Positions 1-8,832 of a stretch of 64,000 nt of DNA are shown here, piece after piece (positions within the stretch are counted from its first letter, which is position 1; each line of letters begins with the position of its first letter). Location of the stretch: assembly GCA_964624535.1 (NCBI GenBank), contig CAZUXF010000003.1:104308-168307 (forward strand), in the 5' to 3' direction. The translations under genes and the position numbers were made by a program. The notes beneath the pieces were generated by a model, which saw nothing but the letters and a program-made list of their open reading frames with translations, ran no database searches and was not told the DNA's origin. Origin of the DNA: an uncultured Anaerolinea sp. (GTDB taxonomy: Bacteria > Chloroflexota > Anaerolineae > Anaerolineales > Anaerolineaceae).

Positions 1-1113
1 GGGCATGATGACATGAGTATAATTTTCGTCACCCACAGGCTTGATCACGCCGGGCGTGTTGTTGGCGTTGGTTTCAAGCGCAACGTTGGGGGATTTAACC
101 ACATCCAAAACTTCGCGCAAGAATCGAACATTAAAGGCGATCAATAATCCGGTTCCTTCAATATTGGCTTCCATCTGAATGTCGCTTTTACCAGTCTCTT
201 CGGTGAGGGCGCTAATCTCAACTCTGCCAGCACCGTTCTCTTCGGGAATGACGTTCAAGCGCACCACATTATTGCCTTCTCGAGCGATGATCTCCGCTTG
301 TTTGCAAGCCTTTAAGAAGGCGGGAGTCGAAACCGTAGTGCGGGTCTTGTAATTGTGTGGGATGATGGCGCGGAAATCAGGGAAGTTGCCATCTATCAGT
401 TGTGAAACCAACTCAGCATCTTTGAGGTGGAAAATGACCTGCCCGCGGCCCTGGGGCACCACCATGGTAACCGCTTTATCGGTGTCGGTGGCGATGCGTG
501 CCAACTCGCTCATCGCCCGGGCGGGGATGATGATCGAGAAATTCTGGCTGACCGGGTTCGAAAGAAGTTCTTTGCGCACTGAAATGCGGAAACCATCTGT
601 GGCGGCCAGGGTGATCTGGTTGTCTTGTACTTCCATTTTCACGCCCTGCAAAACGGGTCGGGCTTCATCCGCGGAGGCGGCGAAAGCCACCTGTTGGATC
701 ATTTCCTTAAAATCGACGATGTTTAAGTCCACGCCTTCCGTCAGGTCAGGCACCGGGATGGGCGGGAAGTCTTGCGCATCAATACCCTTGATATCGTGAA
801 CCGAACTGTTGCAGACCAGGTTGATCGTCTGGGTGCGTGTGTCGAGCGTTAATTGAACATTTTCAGGGGGAAAGGTGCCCACCAGGTCAACCAGGGTTCG
901 AGCCGGAACGGTAACTGAGCCTTCTTCCTGGATCTGGGCCGGGATCCAGCAGGTTATGCCTAATTCAAGATTGGTGGCAGAAAGACGCAAACGACCTTCA
1001 TCGGTTGCCACAAGGACGTTGGCCAAAACAGGCAGGGTGCTGCGTGGAGAAACCGCGCGGCTTACCACGCCGAGTCCGTGTGCAAGATGTTGTTGGGTGA
1101 CTGTGGCTTTCAT
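1..1113 (-). CDS. dnaN: DNA polymerase III beta sliding clamp, C-terminal end cut by window edge
   Basis: Not in the ORF track because it runs off the edge. Reverse-strand ATG at 1113..1111 gives MKATVTQQHLAHGLGVVSRAVSPRSTLPVLANVLVATDEGRLRLSATNLELGI... The frame stays open to position 1 (...GVIKPVGDENYTHVIMP). Classic DnaN sequence. Confidence 0.9.
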   Translation of the reverse strand, partial: MKATVTQQHLAHGLGVVSRAVSPRSTLPVLANVLVATDEGRLRLSATNLELGITCWIPAQIQEEGSVTVPARTLVDLVGTFPPENVQLTLDTRTQTINLVCNSSVHDIKGIDAQDFPPIPVPDLTEGVDLNIVDFKEMIQQVAFAASADEARPVLQGVKMEVQDNQITLAATDGFRISVRKELLSNPVSQNFSIIIPARAMSELARIATDTDKAVTMVVPQGRGQVIFHLKDAELVSQLIDGNFPDFRAIIPHNYKTRTTVSTPAFLKACKQAEIIAREGNNVVRLNVIPEENGAGRVEISALTEETGKSDIQMEANIEGTGLLIAFNVRFLREVLDVVKSPNVALETNANNTPGVIKPVGDENYTHVIMP

Positions 1114-1249
1114 GGGCGCCCTCTTATAATTTCAACAATTTTTTATAGTATTAATGAGTATACAACGGACACCTAAAAAAAACCAGTCAACAAATCTCAA
1201 TCAGCGTTGGTAAACTATTGTACAATTTCCATTATCTGAAGGAGGAAAA

Positions 1250-2200
1250 ATGAGTCGTGAACCTGGTGTTTTTCAAAAAACCATCGACCTTTATTATGCA
1301 GGAAAAATCGAAGAAGCCTACGACTTGTTAACCCCTGTCGGTAACCGGTACCCCGATTGGACAGGTCGGGTTTATGAGATTCGTCTTGATCTGGCTGCGT
1401 TATTAGGGAAATTAGACCTGGCGGAAAATATTCTAGAGGAAGCGCTCTCAGAGGGTTTCTATTACGGTGAGAACGTCTTGCGTCTAGATACTGATGTTAA
1501 AGACCTGCAAGGCCGCGAACGCTATGAAGCCCTGGTGAAAAAAAGTCTCGGAATTCTGGCGGAAAATCAACAAATTAGCACGCCAGAAATGTTACTTTTG
1601 GAGCCAATGGTCGAAACCCACGGTCCGATCCCCTGGCTCATGGCGTTACATGGCAACAATTCCAACGCCGGCGCCATGCAGGAGTATTGGGATGGTTTGC
1701 GGCGACGAGGATGGTTGATTGCCCTGCCACAATCTTCACAACTAACAGCCCGAAACCAGTACGTTTGGAACGACATGCCCCTCGTGGAAAAAGAGATCGC
1801 GGCGCATGTTCGAACACTCGAAAATCAGTTTTCGCTGAGCAAACAGAAGGGATTGGTGGCGGGTTTTTCGAAGGGCGGTCACGCGGCGATCCACTGCGCA
1901 TTAAAGTCAATTGTCCCCATCAATGGTTTTCTCGGATTAGCTCCTTATTTTGCGGACCCGTCAGCGATCGCACCTTTGAGTACCGATGGAAATCGAACTT
2001 TATTGAAAGGTTACTTTTTGTTAGGAGAAAATGACCACGAGTGCAACCCAGGCGCCTTGAAACTAACCGAATTGCTGGCGGGAGTAGGGGTTGAGTGCGC
2101 CGTGGAGGTTGTCCCTAAAATCGCTCACTCGATTCCCGACGAAATGGATCCTTACATGAGCCGAGTCTGCAAATTCATTTTTGGTGAAGAATCGGAATGA
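1250..2200 (+). CDS. alpha/beta hydrolase (carboxylesterase/phospholipase-like) with helical N-terminal region
   Basis: 316-aa ORF with SD GGAGG upstream. Has a GFSKGG nucleophile-elbow-like motif and a C-terminal His typical of the dienelactone/carboxylesterase fold. Confidence 0.6.
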   Translation: MSREPGVFQKTIDLYYAGKIEEAYDLLTPVGNRYPDWTGRVYEIRLDLAALLGKLDLAENILEEALSEGFYYGENVLRLDTDVKDLQGRERYEALVKKSLGILAENQQISTPEMLLLEPMVETHGPIPWLMALHGNNSNAGAMQEYWDGLRRRGWLIALPQSSQLTARNQYVWNDMPLVEKEIAAHVRTLENQFSLSKQKGLVAGFSKGGHAAIHCALKSIVPINGFLGLAPYFADPSAIAPLSTDGNRTLLKGYFLLGENDHECNPGALKLTELLAGVGVECAVEVVPKIAHSIPDEMDPYMSRVCKFIFGEESE

Positions 2201-2781
2201 TGAAAAAGCCTTCACCCGACATCAAAGAGATCAAGATATTGCCCCTGACGCCAGAACGCTGGGTTGACTTGGAAACCTTGTTTGGTCCGAGCGGCGCGTG
2301 CATGGGTTGCTGGTGCATGTGGTGGCGGGTGCGCAATAAAGAATTCAACCTATTGGGACGCGAAGGGCTTAAAAATGGCCTCCGAACGCTCGTTCACCAG
2401 GGCGTGGAGGCCGGTTTGATCGCCTACGTGGATGGAATTCCGGCTGGATGGGTGACCATCGCGCCGCGCGCCGAGTATGTGCGCCTCGAAACCTCCAGGT
2501 TGCTCGCGCCGGTGGATGATCAGCCGGTATGGTCCATGCCGTGCTTTTTCGTTCACAAATCTTACCGGGGCAAGGGGTTGATGCGTGTCTTGATCCAGGG
2601 CGCGGTTGATTACGCGCGAACCCACGGCGCGAAGATCATTGAAGTGTATCCCTTCGAATCGCAGGGGCAAACCAGCACGATGAATATTTATACGGGCGTC
2701 GTTTCCGCGTTTCGCGACCTCGGGTTTGTCGAAGTGGAAAGAAGAAAATCCAACCGGCCCATTATGCGCAAGGATTTGTAA
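2197..2781 (+). CDS. GNAT family N-acetyltransferase
   Basis: 194 aa. ATGA overlap with the upstream gene. Contains an acetyl-CoA-binding-like segment (HKSYRGKGLMRVLIQGAVDYA). Confidence 0.65.
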   Translation: MMKKPSPDIKEIKILPLTPERWVDLETLFGPSGACMGCWCMWWRVRNKEFNLLGREGLKNGLRTLVHQGVEAGLIAYVDGIPAGWVTIAPRAEYVRLETSRLLAPVDDQPVWSMPCFFVHKSYRGKGLMRVLIQGAVDYARTHGAKIIEVYPFESQGQTSTMNIYTGVVSAFRDLGFVEVERRKSNRPIMRKDL

Positions 2782-2814
2782 TTTTTTCTCGAAATAATTA
2801 TTTATGTGAATAAT

Positions 2815-2850
2815 TAGAAGAAAAAACTCCCCGTGAAACCTCACGGGGAG
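2815..2850 (-). terminator. intrinsic terminator downstream of tRNA-Leu
   Basis: Perfect 10-bp stem CTCCCCGTGA/TCACGGGGAG (2827-2836/2841-2850) with a 4-nt loop, followed on the minus strand by a T6 run. Confidence 0.65.
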
Positions 2851-2868
2851 CGCATGTTATAATCTAGG

Positions 2869-2950
2869 TGCCGAAGGTGGGAATTGAACCCACACTCCTT
2901 ACGGAACACGATTTTGAGTCGTGCGCGTCTGCCAATTCCGCCACTCCGGC
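2869..2950 (-). tRNA. tRNA-Leu (anticodon CAA)
   Basis: Reverse complement GCCGGAGTGGCGGAATTGGCAGACGCGCACGACTCAAAATCGTGTTCCGTAAGGAGTGTGGGTTCAATTCCCACCTTCGGCA. Has a 7-bp acceptor stem, anticodon loop CTCAAAA, a long variable arm and a TTCAATT T-loop. Confidence 0.9.
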
Positions 2951-3001
2951 AATGCAAATCAGAGTATATCTGACATTTTAGCAAGGGTCAAGGGACTTTT
3001 T

Positions 3002-4069
3002 ATGAAACTAGGAATCATCGGACTGCCGCAATCTGGAAAAACAACCTTGTTCAACGCGCTCACTCGCGCCATGCAACCCACCGGCGTGACCGGCAAGATC
3101 GAAGTGCACACCGCCGTGGTGGACGTGCCCGATCCGCGCGTCGACAAGCTCTCCGCCATGTTCAACCCCAAGAAAACCATTTACACCAAGGTCACCTACG
3201 TTGACATCGCCGGCCTGGATGGGTCCGCGAGCAAGGGCGGTATTTCCGGCGCGCTGCTCAACCAGCTCACCCAGTTGGACGGATTCATCGAGGTGGTGCG
3301 CGTCTTCGAAGACGAAAACGTGATTCATATTAACGAAACGGTCGACCCGATTCGAGACGTACACGCGATGGACAGCGAATTTTTATTGAACGACTTGATC
3401 TCCGTCGAACGAAAGCTCGAACGGCTCAATGAAGAAGTCAAACGCCCCTTGGGTCGTGACAAGGAAGTAGTGGAACGTGAACTGGTTCTTTTCAACCGTT
3501 TCCATGAAACCCTTTCCAAAGACATCCCTCTGCGGGATATCGAGATCAGCGAATACGAAGACAAGATCCTTTCCGGTTTCGGTTTCTTGAGCCGCAAACC
3601 GCTCTTGATCGTGATGAACACTGCGGAAGGGCAACCCTCCCCGGCGTTGGAATACAACCACAAACACAGCAAGGTGGTTTCGTTGCAGGGCAAGCTTGAA
3701 ATGGATATCGCCCAGCTATCCGCCGAAGAAGCCGAGATATTTTTGGCGGAATACGGTATTGAAGAACCCAGCCTGAACCGGATGATCAAGCTCTCTTATG
3801 ACTTGCTCGGATTACAGTCTTTCTTCACCGTTGGACCGGACGAATGCCGGGCCTGGACAGTGCGCCGCGGCGCTCCAGCTCCTGAGGCTGCCGGCGAGAT
3901 TCACTCCGACCTGCAAAAAGGATTCATCCGTGCAGAGGTGGTTTCTTACGAAGACCTGATGAATTTGGGCGGCATGAACGAAGCCAAAGCCAAAGGCAGG
4001 CTACGTCTGGAAGGCAAAGAATACATCGTGCAGGATGGCGACATTCTCAACATCCGCTTCAACCTCTAA
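3002..4069 (+). CDS. ychF: redox-regulated ATPase YchF (Obg-like GTPase family)
   Basis: MKLGIIGLPQSGKTTLFNALT P-loop and a C-terminal TGS-like end (...FIRAEVVSYEDL...GKEYIVQDGDILNIRFNL). Start moved to ATG 3002, because the track's 2921 start overlaps tRNA-Leu. Confidence 0.9.
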   Translation: MKLGIIGLPQSGKTTLFNALTRAMQPTGVTGKIEVHTAVVDVPDPRVDKLSAMFNPKKTIYTKVTYVDIAGLDGSASKGGISGALLNQLTQLDGFIEVVRVFEDENVIHINETVDPIRDVHAMDSEFLLNDLISVERKLERLNEEVKRPLGRDKEVVERELVLFNRFHETLSKDIPLRDIEISEYEDKILSGFGFLSRKPLLIVMNTAEGQPSPALEYNHKHSKVVSLQGKLEMDIAQLSAEEAEIFLAEYGIEEPSLNRMIKLSYDLLGLQSFFTVGPDECRAWTVRRGAPAPEAAGEIHSDLQKGFIRAEVVSYEDLMNLGGMNEAKAKGRLRLEGKEYIVQDGDILNIRFNL

Positions 4070-4120
4070 TCTTGCTCCCGGCCTTGCCGGGAGTACGTTT
4101 ATCTGTAAAGGAGGAACATC

Positions 4121-5191
4121 ATGCCCGGCTTGTTTGACACCCTGACGATAAAGAGCATCACCCTGCGAAACCGCATCGGCGTCAGCCCAATGTGCCAGTA
4201 TAGCTACGAAGATGGTTTTTCAAACGACTGGCAGCTCATGCATTTGGGCGCCAGGGCGGTGGGCGGCGCGGGGTTGGTGATCGCCGAAGCTACGGCGGTG
4301 GAAGCGCGGGGACGTATCACGCCCTACGACGTGGGTATTTGGGACGACGACCACATCACACCTCTTAAACGAGTAACCAGCATTTTGCGATCGCAGGGTG
4401 CGGTGGCAGGCATCCAGATCGCGCACGCCGGTCGAAAAGCCTGTGTTGGCCGCCCCTGGCACGAAGACCGCGGCAAGCCGATCGTCAAAAAAGATTCGCG
4501 ATGGTGGCCAGCGATTGGGCCGAGCGACATCGCTTTTTCTGATGAACACCAGGTTCCGCATGAGATGACGCTAAGGGATATTCACGAAGTACAAAAGGCA
4601 TTTAAACAAGCAGCCCAACGTGCCGTGGAAGCCGGCTTCCAGTGGCTGGAGTTGCACGCCGCGCATGGGTACCTGCTGCACAGTTTTTATTCGCCCCTTT
4701 CCAACCACCGCACGGATGATTACGGAGGAAGTTTCGAAAACCGTATTCGCTTTTTGCTTGAAACTGTTTCACAAATTCAGACCGTGTGGCCTGAAGACTT
4801 ACCGCTAACCGTGCGACTTTCAGGCACCGATTGGATGGATGGGGGTTGGACCATAGAAGACACTGTTTCGCTATCAAAAATATTAAAAGTGAAAGGGGTC
4901 GACCTCATCGATTGTTCTTCAGGTGGAAATGTTTCGAACGCGAAGCTGCCTTTTGGACCGGGTTACCAGGTGCCCATCTCAGAAGCCGTTAGGCGGGATG
5001 CCAACATCGCAACAGCTACAGTGGGGTTGATCACCTCGCCCCAGCACGCGGACGCTATCATCCGCAATGGTCGCGCCGATATCGTCCTGCTTGGGCGTGA
5101 ATTTCTACGCAACGCTTATTGGCCCTTGCAAGCCGCAAAGGAATTGGGCGTCGAGATCCCGGTTCCGCCTCAATATCTGAGAGCTTTTTAG
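4121..5191 (+). CDS. namA: NADPH dehydrogenase / Old Yellow Enzyme, YqjM-type
   Basis: N-terminus ...LRNRIGVSPMCQYS... and HAAHGYLLHSFYSPLSNHRTDDYGGS, both hallmark OYE motifs. SD AGGAGG upstream. Confidence 0.85.
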   Translation: MPGLFDTLTIKSITLRNRIGVSPMCQYSYEDGFSNDWQLMHLGARAVGGAGLVIAEATAVEARGRITPYDVGIWDDDHITPLKRVTSILRSQGAVAGIQIAHAGRKACVGRPWHEDRGKPIVKKDSRWWPAIGPSDIAFSDEHQVPHEMTLRDIHEVQKAFKQAAQRAVEAGFQWLELHAAHGYLLHSFYSPLSNHRTDDYGGSFENRIRFLLETVSQIQTVWPEDLPLTVRLSGTDWMDGGWTIEDTVSLSKILKVKGVDLIDCSSGGNVSNAKLPFGPGYQVPISEAVRRDANIATATVGLITSPQHADAIIRNGRADIVLLGREFLRNAYWPLQAAKELGVEIPVPPQYLRAF

Positions 5192-6000
5192 TCCAAAATT
5201 CCAAACAGATTGGACAGGTTGTTCAGGTCGACACGAGAGGTGAGATCCAGGCTGAGTGGCGTGACCGATACCAATTTTGCCACTTTGAAGGTGTGTGTGT
5301 CTGTGGTCGGATCGTTGAGGTCTTCAGTATGTGGGGCCGGGCGAGCATCGATCTTGGCGGCTGCGCCATCAGTCTCAGGTTCTTTCAGGTAAGGAACAAA
5401 ATAAGGGTGTTTTCCCAGCCGGGTAACGCGCCATTCAGTCTGTGGGGTGGCGCGCGACGGGACATTCACATTTAAAGCCATGACGTCCGCGGGCATTTTC
5501 TTCTCAAGTAAGATCTTGGCAAAGCGCCTGGCAAAGATTGCCGCAGTGAAAAAATCCACTTCGTTGGAATAACCAAGATAATCTTCATTTTCAAGTTGAA
5601 TGGATACCGCCAGGGATGGAATTCCGTGCGAGGCGCCTTCGAGGGCCGCACCCACCGTGCCCGACATGGTGATATCTGTGGCAGGGTTTTCTCCGTAATT
5701 GATCGCTGAAACGACCAGGTCGGGTTTCTTCTTTAATATTCCAAAGATCCCATATTGAACAGATTGAGCAGGGGAACCACCCACGGCGTAGCACGTCCAT
5801 TCTTGATCGCCGATGGTCAACATCATCGGCTTGATCTCGCCATCCGACCAGGCCGGCACGCTGCGCCCGGCGCCGGAGTGCTGCTCGCGCGGCGCGGCCA
5901 CAGTGACGAAACCTATTTTGGAAAGTTCTTTTGCTGCCGCCCACAATCCAGGGGAGGAAATGCCGTCGTCGTTAGTTAGAAGGATTTGAGGTTTTGTCAT
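5188..6000 (-). CDS. surE: 5'/3'-nucleotidase SurE
   Basis: ILLTNDDGISSPGLWAAAKEL N-terminal SurE signature. 270 aa. Confidence 0.9.
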   Translation of the reverse strand: MTKPQILLTNDDGISSPGLWAAAKELSKIGFVTVAAPREQHSGAGRSVPAWSDGEIKPMMLTIGDQEWTCYAVGGSPAQSVQYGIFGILKKKPDLVVSAINYGENPATDITMSGTVGAALEGASHGIPSLAVSIQLENEDYLGYSNEVDFFTAAIFARRFAKILLEKKMPADVMALNVNVPSRATPQTEWRVTRLGKHPYFVPYLKEPETDGAAAKIDARPAPHTEDLNDPTTDTHTFKVAKLVSVTPLSLDLTSRVDLNNLSNLFGILD

Positions 6001-6031
6001 GTTTTTTTCTCGAAATAATTATTGATAGAAA

Positions 6032-6055
6032 CAAAAAAAGAGCGGAACTCCGCTC
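6032..6055 (-). terminator. intrinsic terminator downstream of tRNA-Arg
   Basis: Stem GAGCGG/CCGCTC followed on the minus strand by a T7 run (complement of A-run 6033-6039). Confidence 0.6.
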
Positions 6056-6063
6056 CATTTTAG

Positions 6064-6137
6064 TGCCCTCGGCAGAACTCGAATCTGCAACCTTTTGCTC
6101 CGCAAGCAAACGCTCTGTCCAATTGCGCTACGAGGGC
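6064..6137 (-). tRNA. tRNA-Arg (anticodon GCG)
   Basis: Reverse complement GCCCTCGTAGCGCAATTGGACAGAGCGTTTGCTTGCGGAGCAAAAGGTTGCAGATTCGAGTTCTGCCGAGGGCA. Clean cloverleaf with anticodon stem TTTGC/GCAAA and loop TTGCGGA, so positions 34-36 are GCG. Confidence 0.85.
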
Positions 6138-6202
6138 GGACGTAACAAGCCTGACAAATATACTCTACTTGGATTAAATCGTCAAGAAAAATCCGATATT
6201 CT

Positions 6203-6526
6203 TTAAAGTAAGAGACGCGCAATAGCCACGATCGCCATTCCCACCAAAATGGTGGCAAACATGCTTTTCGTTTTCCAGGCTACCAAACCGGCTGGGAGCG
6301 CCGCCCAAAGATAAAGATTACTCCACACCAGGTTAAGTTTCCCATCCGCCACAAAAAGGGATGGTAGTAACAACGCAGCCAACACCGCCACAGGCACATA
6401 CTTCAACCAGGCTTCAATGAACGGATGTAACTTTTTACCCCTCAAAATCCAGGCGGGCAGGAGGCGTGGAATGTATGTAACAAAACCCATTCCCAAAATG
6501 GTAAGTAGAAAGAGAGAATCGCTCAT
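6203..6526 (-). CDS. azlD: branched-chain amino acid transport protein AzlD
   Basis: 107-aa, very hydrophobic, overlapping the stop of the upstream AzlC-like gene (typical azlCD pair). Confidence 0.7.
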   Translation of the reverse strand: MSDSLFLLTILGMGFVTYIPRLLPAWILRGKKLHPFIEAWLKYVPVAVLAALLLPSLFVADGKLNLVWSNLYLWAALPAGLVAWKTKSMFATILVGMAIVAIARLLL

Positions 6527-7251
6527 GGCACCCCTTCATTGGTTTCTGTGTTCGTTGAAGGACTGTTCTTTCGCCTCGTTTCGAGGATCGCACCGAGTGT
6601 GGCACCAATCACAGTTGCCAGGATGACGTTCCATTGGGTGACACCAGCGACCCACAGGAAGATCGAAAGAGCCGCGCCCAAAAAAGCCACCCAGACATGA
6701 GTCTTCGAATGAATCTGTAAAAGCAGCAAAGCGATGAACATGGCAGGCAAAGCGTAATCCAGCGCCAGGGGTCTGACATCCGTAATCAAGTTACCAGCCA
6801 GAATGCCCATTATCGTGCCAACCACCCATGAACTTTGACAAACCAGGTTGATCGCCATTGCCGTCCTCGCGGAAGTTTCGCCTTTGGCGAAACGCATGCT
6901 GTGAACTGCGAAGGTCTCATCTGTCAACTCGTAACAAAAACCCGCCACTTCTAGCGCGCGCCAGTCTTTCATGTGCGTTGAAAGGGAAGCGCTCATCAGT
7001 AGGTGGCGTAAATTTACGATAAATGTTGTGATTAAGATCGAAAATGGGTTAAGTCCCTGCGCGAAGAAACTGGTAGCCATTAACTGGGCTGATCCAGCAA
7101 AAACCAATAACGACATCAGGATGGTATTCGTTGGACTAATTCCCGCGTTAACAGCTAGTACCCCATAGGCAAAACCCACCGGCACGTATCCCATAATCAC
7201 GGGTACGGCAGGAGCGAGTTTTTGAAATACGGTGGCAGGTTGTTTTTTCAA
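6523..7251 (-). CDS. azlC: AzlC family branched-chain amino acid permease subunit
   Basis: 242-aa polytopic membrane protein with AzlC-like segments (GYVPVGFAYGVLA..., FAGSAQL). Confidence 0.75.
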   Translation of the reverse strand: MKKQPATVFQKLAPAVPVIMGYVPVGFAYGVLAVNAGISPTNTILMSLLVFAGSAQLMATSFFAQGLNPFSILITTFIVNLRHLLMSASLSTHMKDWRALEVAGFCYELTDETFAVHSMRFAKGETSARTAMAINLVCQSSWVVGTIMGILAGNLITDVRPLALDYALPAMFIALLLLQIHSKTHVWVAFLGAALSIFLWVAGVTQWNVILATVIGATLGAILETRRKNSPSTNTETNEGVP

Positions 7252-7426
7252 CAGTCGTTTTGTATGCTTTCAGGGTCAAATAAGCCCTGATTATAACAAG
7301 AACCCATCAGAATTCGAGTTTTTCATAGTAGAATAAAGATCGTTCGATCAAACCAGCGCATTTCACTCAAAAAAAATACGATGACAACGAACAGGTTTTT
7401 TAATCTCTTGATGAAAGGAATTCAAC

Positions 7427-7597
7427 ATGGCCACAAAAATCACCTCTGATTGTATCTCCTGCGGCGCCTGCGAAGCCGAATGTCCCGAAGGAGCCATTAC
7501 CCAGGGTCCTGAATTTTATGTCGTGGATCCGGCTAAATGCACAGATTGCCATGCCTGCTCGGATGTTTGCCCCACCGGCGCCTGCGTCCCTGCGTAG
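7427..7597 (+). CDS. small 2x[4Fe-4S] ferredoxin (56 aa)
   Basis: Too short for the ORF track. MATKITSDCISCGACEAECPEGAITQGPEFYVVDPAKCTDCHACSDVCPTGACVPA carries two CxxCxxCxxxCP motifs. SD AAAGGAA lies 7 nt upstream. Confidence 0.8.
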   Translation: MATKITSDCISCGACEAECPEGAITQGPEFYVVDPAKCTDCHACSDVCPTGACVPA

Positions 7598-7617
7598 TGT
7601 CAAATAAAACCAAACAA

Positions 7618-7648
7618 AGAGACCGTCTGCAAAGAGGGTCTCTTTTTG
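7618..7648 (+). terminator. intrinsic terminator after ferredoxin
   Basis: Stem AGAGACC/GGTCTCT followed by TTTTT. Confidence 0.6.
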
Positions 7649-7672
7649 GTTAAAAAGCCACGATGGTATAAT
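7644..7672 (+). promoter_or_regulatory. extended -10 promoter (TGGTATAAT) for deoxynucleoside kinase 1
   Basis: TGGTATAAT at 7664-7672. This makes the track's TTG start at 7674 implausible. Confidence 0.45.
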
Positions 7673-7715
7673 TTTGTTGAAGAACAAACTCAATTTATTT
7701 GACGGTGAGGGCGCC

Positions 7716-8372
7716 TTGAAAAAATTCATTGCAGTTGCTGGCAACATTGGCGTAGGTAAATCCACCCTGGTCGAAATGATCTGCGGAAGACTGAACAGCA
7801 AACCCTACTTTGAACCCGTCACTGAAAACCCCTATATCTCCGATTTTTATAAAGACATGGTGGCGTGGAGTTTCCACTCCCAAATTTTCTTTTTAACGCA
7901 TCGTTTGAGAATCCACCAGGAGTTGGTTCGTAATTCGAGTTCGGTGATCCAGGATCGTAGTATTTATGAGGATGCAGAAGTTTTCGCCCACAATCTTTTT
8001 GCCCAGGGGCGCATGACCGAACGGGATTACAACACCTACCGCTCCCTTTATCACACTCTCGCCGAGTACCTGCCCCCACCCGATTTAATGATCTATTTGC
8101 GAGCTTCTGTTCCCACATTATTAAAAAGAATCACGCTGCGAAATCGTGATTACGAACAGAAGATCGCACCTGATTATCTTGAGCGATTAAACGCGCTTTA
8201 CGAGAACTGGATCGAACACTTTACGCTTTGCCCGGTTCTCACCGTCCCAGCTGACGAACTTGATTATGTTGCGCACCCAAAACATTTGGAACTGATCATC
8301 AACAAGATCCAGGAAAAACTTACGGGCAAAGAAGAAGTGGTTTTTACAAAAGAAGAAACCAAAAACGACTGA
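7716..8372 (+). CDS. deoxynucleoside kinase (dCK/dGK family)
   Basis: KKFIAVAGNIGVGKSTL P-loop and a DRSIYED segment. I prefer the TTG start at 7716 (SD GGTGAGG 5 nt upstream), which gives MKKFIAVAGNIGVGKST. The track start is 7674. Confidence 0.8.
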   Translation: MKKFIAVAGNIGVGKSTLVEMICGRLNSKPYFEPVTENPYISDFYKDMVAWSFHSQIFFLTHRLRIHQELVRNSSSVIQDRSIYEDAEVFAHNLFAQGRMTERDYNTYRSLYHTLAEYLPPPDLMIYLRASVPTLLKRITLRNRDYEQKIAPDYLERLNALYENWIEHFTLCPVLTVPADELDYVAHPKHLELIINKIQEKLTGKEEVVFTKEETKND

Positions 8373-8426
8373 CAACCCTAATAAGGAGTCAGTAATAAAA
8401 CATTCCTGGTTATTACTTTGGATTAA

Positions 8427-8687
8427 CTAAACAGGATCAACCACTAATTTGATGGCAGTTCTAACTTTGCCGTCAATCTCAACATCAACAAATTCCGGGT
8501 AACACAGTACTTTGATCCCATCTTCTTCCAGGTAGCCCTTGGCCAGCACGAGTGCTTTGACAGCTTGGTTGACTGCACCAGCTCCAATCGCCTGAATATC
8601 TGCGTGTTTGTGCTCACGCATGACACCCGCAATGGCCCCCGCAACAGCGGCTGTACGAGAATTGGCTTTGACCTTAATCACATCCAT
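8427..8687 (-). CDS. spoVS: SpoVS family protein (86 aa)
   Basis: MDVIKVKANSRTAAVAGAIAGVMREHKHADIQAIGAGAVNQAVKALV...RTAIKLVVDPV aligns along its whole length with B. subtilis SpoVS. Internal ATG 8687 has SD GGGAG, so the track's longer N-terminus is rejected. Confidence 0.85.
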   Translation of the reverse strand: MDVIKVKANSRTAAVAGAIAGVMREHKHADIQAIGAGAVNQAVKALVLAKGYLEEDGIKVLCYPEFVDVEIDGKVRTAIKLVVDPV

Positions 8688-8832
8688 GATATTCACTCCC
8701 TTCAGGATCAATGGTCCAACAGTAAGCCATGGGGGCAATTTGCCGAAATCTACCCCGATTGTACAAGAATTTAAGACCAGTTTCAATACATTCAAGGCAT
8801 TGCGGGAGCGTTGTCTATACGAGTGTGTGAGG

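Noticed and set aside
353-1129. Plus-strand ORFs 353..799 and 875..1129
   Set aside because: They lie antisense to a full-length, highly conserved dnaN reading frame and have no SD or recognisable motifs.
2921-3001. N-terminal extension of ychF given in the ORF track
   Set aside because: It overlaps tRNA-Leu on the opposite strand. The conserved YchF N-terminus (MKLGIIGLPQSGKTT) begins at ATG 3002.
8427-8687. spoVS as evidence of an endospore program
   Set aside because: SpoVS-family proteins are widespread in non-sporulating bacteria, and no other sporulation genes are in the window.
8688-8795. N-terminal 36-aa extension of spoVS
   Set aside because: SpoVS proteins are about 86 aa. The internal ATG has a good SD and the alignment to B. 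subtilis SpoVS starts there.
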